In this document: positions 49,101 to 61,900 of the stretch, piece by piece
How the letters are laid out: the number at the start of each line of letters is the position of its first letter
Numbering within the stretch: the stretch's first letter is position 1
NCBI RefSeq assembly: GCF_011386835.1
Contig: NC_088793.1
Coordinates: forward strand, 153,512,001-153,576,000
From: Chrysemys picta bellii
Taxonomy: Eukaryota
Length of the DNA stretch: 64,000 nucleotides
Direction: 5' to 3'
Notes under the pieces: model-generated
What the model saw: only the letters and a program-made list of their open reading frames with translations
What the model was told of the DNA's origin: nothing
Database searches by the model: none
Position numbers and translations under genes: made by a program

Positions 49101-52100
49101 TGGACATGAGAGGGGTTCCATCCACAGTTCATGGCAAACTCCTGATTAATGTCCAACCTCCTCTATGCACCTATCACACAGTTGGTGGGACCTTGTTGTT
49201 TTCCCTATACACTAAGAGCACAATGTGTGCTTTCCATTCTAGATGACTGATTTCAGATAAAGGAAAATAACAAAGAAAGACTGTAAAGTCTCTATGAAAG
49301 AAAGTCAGCAAACACAATGACTTAGTAACATTCTGCATCTGAACTGAAACACAAGATGGTAGAGGTCTGTGCAGGAGGGTGGGAGGCTCCTCTTACATTC
49401 AGAGATCAGCATGATGTCTCCTTTATGTTACAAACCAGAATGTGGCTTGTTGAGCGGAGAAGCAGGAAATACATAAGGGAAATGAGTGTGTTGTTTGGGT
49501 TTATAGAATGGACTAAGGGGGTGTCATTAAGAACAATGGGATGAAATTGAGCCAAGTAGAATTAAGGATGAATATCATGGAAACACTTTTAACAATAAGG
49601 TCTTATTAGACTATTCCATAATTTCATAAGAGAAGGGGTAAACGCCGAATTACTTGATACAATTAACAGAGCTATTCAAGTATATTGTAGGGAAAAATCT
49701 TGCCCTGGCAGAGGGAAACGGACAAGATGACCTAATAGATTTTTTTCTCACACTAATTTCTCTGTTTGTCTGGTGAACTTTTCTGCATGGGATGTACTTG
49801 CAACTGAGATTTCATGGAACTCAAGGACTAAATGGGAGGCAAGTTGCTAATATCCCGCACACCTGACTTAGAAAATACTTTGATATTTTACATTATATGA
49901 GAAGAATGTTTCTTCAGACTGATCTCCATTGATGAAAATCTTAGTGACGGGACAGGTGTGCTTCTGATACTAGCTGATAGTGAGCGTGGAGGAAGTTGTG
50001 ACGTCTCATCAGTAAGCCCAGTGGAATTGGCTCTATGAATGGCCTCTGATGGTTGCCAAATCCTTCTTTCCTATGATGATACCTAAGGAAGGAACTGGGG
50101 AACCAGAGATGCTCCAGAGCTACTTGTTGTGCCAATGTACCCTGAACCAAGAGTCCAGTCACTGTAGTCTAAGAGTCAGCTAGTAGCTTCTGTATCTGCT
50201 TGAGGAAACGATACCCAGAACTACATTCAACCCTTTGTTTCAACAGGTGCATTTTTCTCCTGATAACTTCACCAACAATATAAAAATAGCTTTGGACATA
50301 CTTCATAGAGAGGTAAAAAGCAATCTTTACTACTAACCTAGGGAGAGGGGTCAGATGGGAAAGACAAATTTCTTGAGCTTCAGTGGTTGGTTCTAGAGTT
50401 ATTAATTTGTAATCATACTTAGTTTCTCATTCTAGTATGGGCAGCATTGCTGCACGTGTAGATGTTTCATATAGTAATCTCTAATCCAGGGGTTCTCAAA
50501 CTTCATTGCACCGTGACCCCCTTCTGACAACAAAAATTATGACATGACCCTAGGACTGAAGCGTGAGGCCGGCCAAGCCCCATCTCCCCAGGCTGGGGGG
50601 CCAAAGCCCAGTCCCAAGGGCTTCAGCCCTGTGGAGGCGGGGCTGTAACCTGAGCCCCGCTGCCCAGGGCTGAAGCCGAAGCCCGAGCCGTGCCACTAAG
50701 GGCTGAAGCCCTTGCGCTTCGGCCCCGAGCAGTGGGGCTCAGTCTTCAGCCCGGGGCCCCAGCAAGTCTAACACCAGTCCTGGCAATCCCATTAAAATGG
50801 GGTCACGACCCACAGTTTGAGAACCGCTGCTCTAATCTGTAGAAAGAATTTAAGGAAGTATTTTACAGAAAGAATGGTGATTGGGTGGACTGGAATTCCA
50901 CCTGATGTGTTAGGAGTCAGGTAGTGTAAATATATTGACAAATATATGGTATTTCATGACAGTCATGTAACTATGCCTAGCCGTAACATATCTGCCCACT
51001 CACTATACAGCACAGTCCCTCTTATTTTTATTAAGGGACATATTCTGATATCCTTTTTCTAGTTGAAGCTAATGGGACTACTCATGGAATACAGGGCTCC
51101 CCAGCATGAGTGAGGGTATCAGACTCTTGCCTCAAGAGAGCAGCAGTTTTGGGATCTGGCCTTGTTAGAATCATGAGTCTCGGTGGCTGCAGCTCTGTAT
51201 GTAAGGTAGAGCAAACCCAATTTAGGATTTCCTGTTGAGATTATGCACTCAGCCAGCACACTGTGAACTTCTAATGGAGATAGTAAAGGTTGTTTGGATC
51301 AGCAGATTAAGGTACATGTTCCATTAGCAAAAAAATAATCTGATCAGTCCCTGGCCTGCTTAGCTGTGCTCAGAAGAGCAGGGATGGCACTACACTACTG
51401 TTCTCTGTTTGCTTGCTTTGACTTTGTTTATAATCTTGGCAGGTTCCTCGGGCATTTGTGAATCTGGTGACAGTACTTCATATAGTAACCCTTCGGGATT
51501 TGTACCAGGAGAAGAAAGTTAGCTGCCCAAGGCTAATCATGAGGTTTGAAAGATTTATGTTCCAGCTCTCACCCTTATTCAGGAAAAGCTGTAAGATCTT
51601 CAGTGGAAACCTTCCCCTTGAAGGAAAAGGATTACAATATTTCAGATAACTAAGTACTATTTTTCCTGTGTGTGTATATATAAAATACATCCACAGTATA
51701 GATTATAATTTCAAAGCAGTGTTTAAAAATACCTGTCTCTCTTTCACTGTCTCCAGCTTGTGATTACTGGTGATGGAACTGCCATTTTAATTATACAACA
51801 GCAAATTAGACTTCCAACTGTAAAATTGATTGAGAGCTAGCACACACAGCTCAGCAGTACATTGTTTGACAAAGGCAGCTAATTTTCAAAATTATTAAAA
51901 TTAGGGTTTTAAAAAGCTGATTAAATTAATCCAGTTTTATTTAAATTATAGAATTTACCTTTCAAAGGCTTTAAAAGTCTCCTGCTTTCACATATGTTCC
52001 AGTGGTGAGCGACATTCTTTGAGCCCTAACCTACTTTAGCTGTCTCTCACCAACTGGTGGTTGTTAGCTGGATTGTTAATTAGTCTTTCAATTAGATTTG

Positions 52101-55100
52101 TGGGATGTTTAGTTAACCATTATGTTGCTTCTAGCACTGGAGAGTAGGAAATCTTTCTCTCCCTGTATGCATATAATGAGTAACCAGGAGATGTGGGGAA
52201 AGAAAGGAGGTTCCTTCTCTGTAGTGTAGTTAGTAGCCATTTCCATTAGTGGCCAGGCCAGGACTTAGGGAGGCCTTGTGTGTTGACAAGCTGTGACAGC
52301 CTGGGAACTGGAGAACCACAAGATCTGTCTGTGCTCAGCACCCTCAATAGCAATCCCTGTTCTATTCATTACAGCTGAGTCCATGAGGACATCACTCTGA
52401 CAGGATAAAGTGGTGGGAAAGATTGGAAGGGCCCTGTTGTTGACTGAGTGGAGTTTCATAGAAGGAACATTATGACACAGCCTTTTGCTGTGATTTAGTG
52501 GCTCTCTGACTGTCAATGACAAAGCAGCTCTTAGAGACTGAGTGCTGTTGGCTTAGAATATCTTCTATATTTTGCTGCAGTTTCCATTTAACAAAGTACA
52601 AGCTTATCACAAGATCCTAATCACCAGGACAAGGCCAGGATGAAAGCCTGCGAGATTAGAGCTGAGTTTCTCTGATCCTTTAGAAATATATCTGTTACTT
52701 TCCCATCCTACCCAAACGTCCTGCTGTAGTTCATTTGTGGCTGTATGGCAACAAGGGGATTTATAGGTCTGGCGGTGAGCCAGGTGTACAGAGATTTAAA
52801 CAGGCGCAGTGTAGAAGGTTCATGAATGGCATGTTACTGACAAACATTTCAAAATACAACTTTGTACTATGTCTTTCATATCCCAGAATGCCCTGTAGAG
52901 GTAAAGAATTTATCCCTGTCTTGGCTCCTCTTTATTAAGAACTGTAGGCTAAAGTGAGCATATATGTGCTGTTTCTTTAAATCTGTAGCAGGAGAGCAGG
53001 AGAAGAGCTTGGGAAAGGTTCTAGGTAGACACTATAGTGAAGCATTATTTATTTGTTTATCATTATAAATAGAGAGAGGGGGAGAGATTAGCTTTAGGGA
53101 GTGAATCATTTTCCTTTTTCTGCCGAAGTTCCTTTTCCAGTGTTAGAGTAAGCTACTCTTTCTGACGTTCTTCACTGTAGTGACATGATAGAGGGAGAAA
53201 AGATGTTTTCTGCTGACATTTGTAATGAAATGGGGAGTAGAGGTGTTTCCAGGTGATAGGAGCAGCAGGGATGAGATTGTAAGGAATTACTGACAGAGCC
53301 AGCAATGAATGAGGGGAGATAGATAAGGATGAGGGGGAAACTTGAGCAAGTCTATAGAAATTTTGCTCTTAATTATATCTGTGCGATCCCTCTGAAGTGA
53401 ATGGGGCTGCGCAGATGTGCCTGAGAACAGAATTTGGCTCGCAGTGGCATATCTGGCACAGTAACGATCTTCTCACCTTACATCAGTGGTTCCCAAACTG
53501 GGATTCGTGAACCACTGGGGGTTCACGAAATGTTACAGGGAGTTCTCGGGGGGGGGAAATTCCCTAATGGCAGACAGAGCTGTCCATGGGGACCCTGGGC
53601 AGCACGGGGCCAGCAGCCCGGAGCCTTGGGGACTTCCAAGACCTAAGCAGAGCAAAGCAAGCATATCTATCACACTGAGAAGATTTAAACTTCAAGACTC
53701 CTTTTACGAAATAGAAAGGGAGGTGGATATTTTTTGCTGTTTTTAAAATTAAATAGGCTGCTAGTGTTGTTTTTAAATTATTATGAAGAACAAGTTTAAG
53801 CTTTGTTGTAACGTGCGTTGTTTGCCTGGACTGCTCAAGACCTGAATGCTTGTGTAGGAGGAACTCTTTGAGTTGGCTTCTTAAATACCTTCATGCTGTT
53901 TCACATCTGATACTCCTTGATGAAACATAAGAGCCAGAGGCGCCAGTATGGGGGGGGGGGGCAACGAGGGTCACGTGCCGGCCCCCTGTCGGTGCGCCCC
54001 CCTGCGGGTCCCGCCCCTTCTTTTCTGGCAGCTCCCACGCCCCCCCCTTTTCCGGCGGTGCCCCCCCAGGCCACAGGGTGTGTGGGGGCTTTGCCCCTGT
54101 ACCCCTTTTTTTCTACTGGTGCCTCTGATAGGAGCCTTGTCTTATAACAGGCTTAATCAAAAATGATACAAGCTACAAAAGTGACATCTTGGAAGAATGG
54201 TGCCATTTTCATAATGTAATAAAAATACTGTAATAAATAATAATTAATAAATAGTGTGTAAGAAGCATGTCATAAAAACAAATTTTATATTTCCAAGATC
54301 ATGGCTTTTATAATTTATGCTGAGGTAATGGAGAAAATCCATGGAAATATTCATTTTTAGGAGGGTGGTCACGAGACTTGACATTTTAGTGAAAAGGGTT
54401 CGTGGGTTGTTAAAGTTTGGGAACCACTGCCTTACATGAATGCATCTATCCCTAATAAATGTGCTTAAACTTCAGTGTGTCCATATTTACTGGGAGGACC
54501 TAGATATTGGAGTCAATGTTATCATGGATGAGCCTTTCACAAAAATCCACCTTTGGAGGAGTCTGTTATCCTTTGAGTTCTTGTACCTCTTTTCAGGGGG
54601 AAAAACCCAGCAGATTGCAACACAAAAATAAAATATCACTTTCTTCCTGCAGGGAGCTGTGTCCTTGTGTATTGAACTATGATGACAATTCCACTGAAAC
54701 TAAGATGCTAGAGTCTTTTAATAGAAGGTATCAGGTAAGGCAGAGGAAAGTATTAAGAGATTTAGCAGAGAATTGCTTAATAATCCTTCTGTTCTTCTTT
54801 TCTAGCAGCAGTCTCCCTTTGTTCTTCTGGGAATAATAAACAACATTTTCTAGCAGTGATAATGCTTGAAGTGACTGGCCGAGGGACCAGTCAAAGTCTA
54901 ATATCTACTAGAGATGGGGACAAATTGTGCTCACATTAGTCAGCTGTAGATTCATAGAAGTTACTCAGAATTGGGCTGGAGGGGGCAGGTGAGGATCAGG
55001 CAAGGAATAAGGGCATAAATGCTGCTCAAGATCTTTAAAATGTGATTCAGTAAGGTACTAAAACAGAGTGGCTCTTTCAGATGGATCAGAGATTCAGTTG

Positions 55101-58100
55101 AAGCAGCAGTTCTGGATACTCCTCTTGCTGGGAAATTGGATTAAATTGAGGATCGCTGGTAGTTCAAGAATGAACTCTTGTGATGGAGATCAGCTGAACT
55201 GAAAGTATTTCAGCGGTTCAAGAAAAATCCCTGGCACCCCATGATGGGAAATCCTAATAAAGTGGGGGCTCTCCCTAGGTCAGTCAGCTGGCTTTTGAGC
55301 AGTAGGCCATCTGCAGCCTCCACGATGCCTTTCTGAAAAGGAAAATCAAATGAGTCGTTTTCTAATTTGGGTTTTTGCAAGCCAATGTTTCAAGAAGCTC
55401 ATGCGCTCACTGCCTTGTACAAGAAGGGAGTTGTTCTTGGTTTCAGGTTTTGCATGTTCGGTTGATGAGACTTCTGCAAGAGGGTCAGCCTGGGGCCTAA
55501 TAAGCAGAATGCAAGAAAAGGAGCAGTGAGTGATTGTTCTGCCTTTTTTAGGAGGAAACCCACCGATTAGTTGAAAGTGGAAGGTATGACACCAAGGAAG
55601 ATTTCACAGTGGTTGTGCAGCCATTTCTGCAGAGAGTGACCATTCCAAAGACTGAGGTAAAAAACCATGAGCCAGATTCAAACCTGGTGCCACTCCTCTG
55701 AATCATTAAACTTGAACCCCTTATACCAACTCTAAATTTGACCCTCAGTGCTCTGCTTTGTTAGTTTGTCCAGTTCAAGTGAGCCACAATCCAAAGCAGC
55801 GGGAAACGTTATGGAGAGGATAGAGATTGTTGGTAATACTGCTGAGTGCCCGTGGAACCTTGGCCTCAGACATGGCAAATTGTATTAGCTGTAAGTTTGA
55901 ATCATATTTGTAAAAGTGCTACAGAACTCTTAAGTTCTCAGTCAGTGGCTTGATCTGGCCTAGGATGGTAACTATCTTGTTCTCAGAGGCCCTCATGACT
56001 ATTTTCGAGTTCTGGGGTAACAGAGTTTTTGTTGGAAGAGGAATGTGATAATACATCATATGCTGGCATTTTTGGTCATATACTTACCCCTCTTGTGACA
56101 GTACCTGTCTCTTTCCCCAGGAGGGGTTGCCTGACAGCTCGTATTTTGCCCCAGACTGTTTCCACTTTCACCAGAAGACTCATTCCCAGGCTGCTCGTGC
56201 CTTGTGGAACAACATGGTAAGACTGCAGGTCTCTGTCTCTGTCTTCTCCACCCTGTTCTTTTGCAGCAAAGAACAATGACCCACTATTTAGCTGCTGAAC
56301 CACCCTACCTCTGGTGAGAACAGAATTGTGTTTACAACAGGTGGGCACTTGTTTCCCTTTGTAATGTAAAGTCACCTGGACACAAACTGGCTGTATCAAA
56401 GAATATATCCTGGGGTATATTCTTGTAAAGGCTAAGCACCTAAGACCTTGCACCAAGAGATAATCAAAGTGTGGGATATTACATCACACATGCTACATTC
56501 CTAATATGGAAAGTAGTTAATTTAATATGTAAAATATGTTTTAAAGATGATAAAATCCTGGGGCAGTGACTTTTGTGGGTTTAGCTGTTATTTCAACATA
56601 GATAGATACAGTACATAGCAATTTTCTTGCTGTTCTACTTGTTTCCATAGGCTGATGATAATCAGCTATATATGCTCTTCCATTCTGGTTCTCATTTTAT
56701 TTCTTCTCTCCCATGTTTTCTTTCTGCCATGCAGTTGGAACCCGTTGGGAACAAGACAGATGCAGATTTTCTTGAAACGGTGATAACTCTCAAATGTCCG
56801 AGTCAGGTAGGTTGAAAAATATTCATGCATGTGCCACATGCCGCATTGTTCATTTGTAAAGCAGTCAGAGCTTTTCATGGGGGATCTTGTGCAGTGCGTT
56901 CCAGAGTAGTAGCTCCACCACCTTGGAGAGGATGCTGGATGCTCCCTGTCCTCTCTCTCCCTTCCTCCTTTTGGGTAGTTAGCACCTGGGACATATATGC
57001 TTCCCAATGAGAATGGACTGCAAGAGAGAGGAAAACTCCTGGCACCCAGGCTCTCAAAGGCTGGCACAAAGACAGCAGCTTTGTGTTAGTGCATGAAAGC
57101 TGGAAATTGAACCTGCCTAAACAGACCAGTCTAACTTCACCATCCAAGCTGAGTATTTATTTTTCACACTTCAAACAGCATCAACGGGGAAAGTAAAGTG
57201 AAGGGTCAGATCCTTGGCTGGTGTCAGTCCACATAGCCCCACTGAAATCAGTACTGTTACCCTGACACCAGCTGGTTCAGAATGTTTAACAGCTTTTGCT
57301 ATAGTAATTAGATGTTGTTAGTCAAACTGGTAAAGGGCACTGAGAGTGTCCGAGAGAGCAAGTGTGTTTAGCATAGCATTACTCATATATTTCAGATGTT
57401 TCTTTATTTATATGGCTCCTAAATATGTCTGCAAAACTAGTTAGAGAGGAGTAGGGCCCTTTTTAATTCCTAAGAATATGCAGTAATTTTAATGGTCTAG
57501 AGGCATATTTGAATTGGTGGCTGGGGAACAGATATCTCCATATATTCTTCTGCAGCTTCATGTTGACTCAATTTCCTTATTCCATAGGCTGAGTCATTCC
57601 TCAGGACGTACAGGAACAGCAATTATACGTATCCCAACCAAACTACGCCAGACGTAACAACACCGCTACCATCATCTGCTACGCCGACCCCAGCACAGGA
57701 ACCAGATCAGGTAGAGTCTGCACAATAATTGATCACTGGAGGAATTTAGGAGGTTAAGGGTTCAAAAAAAAAAAAAAAAAAAAGGAAGGTAGCTCTAGGG
57801 CTGTGGAAATGGCTTGCATAACCAACCACAGCTGCACGTATTCAAGTACCACGTTAATCAGCCAGGATTGCTTTTCCAATCTGAATAAAACTAAAGGCTT
57901 GTCTACATTTGAAATGTGTTATTTAACTTGAGTTATCTCACATTAAAGTGCCTTGCATCCGCACACACACTATTTGGTTGTGAATCAGCTGGCCTTTTTA
58001 ACACACATTAGTAAGCTCACTTTAGAAGCGGGTTTGCTGAGATGCAGAATGAGATTACCCACAACTAAGTAGGTGTGGCTACATCTCCATCCTGAAACAA

Positions 58101-58905
58101 CTGGTGCACATCTACCATGTCTACCTACTGGTATCCCACACTGCTTTGCCAGCTACCTGTGTTGGTCTGTCTAATCATCCTGAACAGTTTCAATACTGGC
58201 ATGCAGCCAGGTGCTGTCCTTGGCAATTCCAGCTCCAGTGAAGTTCACATATCTGTGTCATACTCCTGATTATTCAGCAGTCATGCTTCACTGTGGACCA
58301 ATACTAAAATCCTGGACTTCATTGCCTTCTTGGGAGAGGAATATGATAAGGCCCATCTCAAAGGCTGTCACTCAGCATAGGTCTACAAGCAGGAAGCAAG
58401 ACAAATGTAAAAGAGGGGGGCTCTCCAGGACTGCAGTAAGACAGATGAGCTGTGGCTGGACAACAGGAATGCTACCTGCAACAGAACCCCAGGGAGACCT
58501 AACACAGTCTGCTGGATTCATGAGAAGCTGGATGCATGTATGCTGGAGATACCACCACTCGACCTCCGCATTCCATGGACTCCCTGATTGACCCATGAAC
58601 CCCAAGACACAGTCACGGATATCCAGGATGGCTCTTCCCATGAATCACAGCCAGAGGATCAGCCTGAACCCTAAACTGGGGCGGGGACGATTTCTAGTAA
58701 GCATTGAATGTTATATTAAAATACAGCTGTACAGAGAGGGAGTTAAACAACTTAGCTGAAGGTCCTGTAAGGGCACTGCCATGTTGATCTACCTTCTCTC
58801 TGCCTCTTGGGTTTTTAATCCCCTCCCCCTTTCTGCCACTCAAAATGGCAGCCCTACCAGAGACAGTAGAAACTCTCCCGGCCTTTTTTTCTATGACTAT
58901 GCAAA

Positions 58906-58961
<56 letters not shown>

Positions 58962-61900
58962 ACTTAGTCTTGCTGTCTCCCACTGCACCCCCTCCCCTTC
59001 AAGCACACTGCTTGCTGGCTTCTTCCTCCTGCCCCACTCCCCCAATGGTTAATCCATGCAGTGCCTCCATGAGGTTCTTTGAAGGACAGGCACTTTTATT
59101 GTAGCAGCACATACAGAAAATCAAAAGTTATGTGTCTGGCTCACAATGTCACTGATACCTTCTACCTTATGTGGGCTCAAGGCTGAGGGCAAATAGCTTA
59201 AATCACACTACAAACGTTTTCAAAAAAGCAAGACTGTAAGGCACTTGCTGTAAATCATAGAATAGAATAGAATATGAGGGTTGGAAGGGACCTCAGGAGG
59301 TCATCTAGTCCAACCCCCTGCTCAAAGCAGGAACAATCCCCAGATAGATTTTTGCCCCCATCCCTAAATTGCCCCCCTCCTCATGCCATTAAGGTAGAAT
59401 TCTTTGAATTTTGCGGAGTACTGTATGCTCAACTGTAGGTGTTAAAAACAAGACATTTAAAAATAGAGCACTCTTTGGCTTGGCATGGAGATTGCACAGC
59501 AAAGCAGCTCTCTGGGAACTGTCCTTATAACTCGCGGTTTCCTTCCACTCCTGGGCCAGTTCTGGGGGCACCATCCTGGCAAACAGCAGCCTGGCATATC
59601 TTCCTTGTTTGCCCATTGTCTTTTTGAACAGAAACCTTCTCTGTCTTTTGGGGACATGCTCAGGGTAGCATTCTCCAAAGCATGGATAGCCTGCAGATAT
59701 GTACATGCAATATTAGCCTAACTCTACTGTGCCCTCTTTTAGCTAGCCACCACATACAACCCACCTGACATTTATTAACCCTTCCCCAAAGTTTCCTCTC
59801 TCCCCCACCCCAACACACACACCCAGCCACCTCCTCCCACCATATGCCTACACAAACCTGGAAGATTGAAAACTTCTAATGATTGCCAAGTTTGGCCAAG
59901 ATTGGAAAGAGCCTATGGGAATAAAACTCCAAAATCAAGGAAAAAGCAACATTTTATCACTCTTAGAATGGAGTCTACAATTTGGATAAATGTTCATTTT
60001 TTCCTCTTTCCACTGGCGTGAGGAAAGGGGAAAAGAAAGGACAGGCAAATGGCCAGCATAGCAGACACATCTGCTGTGGCTGAAGAGGCAGTCAAACCTC
60101 CTGAAGCACATGAAACTGTCTAATTTTGCACAGCTTTATGAATGTTCAATATGGTGTATCCATTGGTATTGATTAAATAGAATTGAAAATGTCTTTATGG
60201 TCATAGCGGAGTCTTGAATCATTCACTGAAATGTCCAGAATCACTGTCATAAAATTCACATGAACAATAACATCAAAACAAGCCCTATCTTACAAGGCAC
60301 ACATAAAATGTACTAAAAATCCCCATAAACTGCTGTACGCATTTCAAGTATAATTAAATCCTTCTACCAATATACGTACAGAAGACATGTACAGTAATTC
60401 TGATAAATGCCTTATACAAAAGCATGTGCATTCTTCACAAGCGGCCCCTCGACTCAGTGTGAGCACAGTGTGTCCGCCACTCTGTGCCCATGAGTAGCTG
60501 CGTCATTTTGTAGAGGCCTCTTATCTGTCCAAAATGTTTTCTAAGTCTGTCCATCTCCAGTTCCTATACACATGCAAGGCTCTCTTCCTTGCTCTCACAA
60601 AGGTTGTGCAAAACACAGCAAGGAGCTAATGTACCAAGATGCTTCTCATCAGCCTCCGTGTCAGAATCTTCCATCTACCTTTTCAGTCTTCCAAATGCAC
60701 ATTCCATTATCATTCTGAAGCTGCCCAGGGTATAGTTACAATTCCTTTTGCTTAACCAAGTGTCAAGTAAAAAGCTTCATAAGCCAGGGAAGCAGTAAGT
60801 CTCCCTGGATGATAGAAAAATGGCAACACCATCAGTGTCCATAGAGTTCATGGAGCAGAAGTACTATTTCTCATTGCAGAAAATAGGCTAGAGTTTCTAA
60901 AGGTCCTGGCATCGTGAACCTTCCCAGACCACTCTACATTTATATTGGTGACCCTTCCATGGTGACCAACTAGGTTCGTAGCACCATGGAGAAATATCCC
61001 TTTTTGTTGATGAACTCTGAAGCCTGAAGTGAAGGAGGGGGGCAGAGAATAGGCACATGGATCTCATCAAAAGCCCAGTAGAGTTCAAAACCCCAACTGT
61101 GCAAACCCATTAATAACCTCCTCTGCATTGCCCAGTCTTGTGACCTGGGGAGCAAAATCTTCTTGATAGCAGGTCACACCTCCATGACAAAAGCCCCAAC
61201 AGTTGATTTACCTACACCAAACCGGTTAGCTACTGACTGGTAGCAATTGGGGTGGCAAGCTTCCAGATGGCAATAGCCTCCTACATTTTCATACTGAACT
61301 CTCATGTAGGTGTTTTGCTGCCTCACCAATGTTTCTCTATGCTGCCTGGCAGTGCTTTGAAATGGGGAAAGGCTAGCTCTCAAAAAACAGTTGGATGATG
61401 GGATGAAACAGGGAGGAATTATGAGAATTATACAGTTTGACCTTAAGCTCCAGAATTTCATTGCCTGCTGGTAGGCATTGCACAAAGCACGGCACAAAAA
61501 AATTCGAGAATGCATACAGCACAGCAGCAGAGCAGTGCACTGTGGGATGTCTGACCATAACACTGAGCACTTATTTTGTAACACTGCTGTGCTGTGCAGC
61601 TGTAATAATACCAGGGAAAGCTACCTTAATCGTGGCTTAACAAAGTGGTATGTATGCACTCCTCCACTATAGTTATTGCCAATCACTTAATAGACACACA
61701 AAACCACAAGAAGTTTCAAGTGTAGACATGCCCTGAGTGTGACCGATTGAATTCAGTGACTAACGTCTGCTTGATTAATTACAGACAAACAGGGATATGA
61801 TTTATTATGTTTGTTTCCTGGTCTAAAATTATTCAGTTCCTTTTGCCTGTCTTCTCTTCTTTTAGAATCATGGGAGCCAGCTGCTGTGTGAGGACAGGGC

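Larger units (their letters stand above)
57895..61733. mobile_element. Decayed full-length PIF/Harbinger DNA transposon
   Basis: TIR AGGCTTGTCTACATTTGAAA / TTTCAAGTGTAGACATGCCC; flanks TAA / TGA; Myb-like and transposase remnants inside. Confidence 0.88.

Noticed and set aside
57764-57783. A20 run as a retrocopy or poly(A) tail
   Set aside because: No upstream element, polyadenylation signal or TSD; simple mononucleotide tract.
58694-59104. CV-repeat and HT-repeat ORFs
   Set aside because: Translations of the (CA)n microsatellite.
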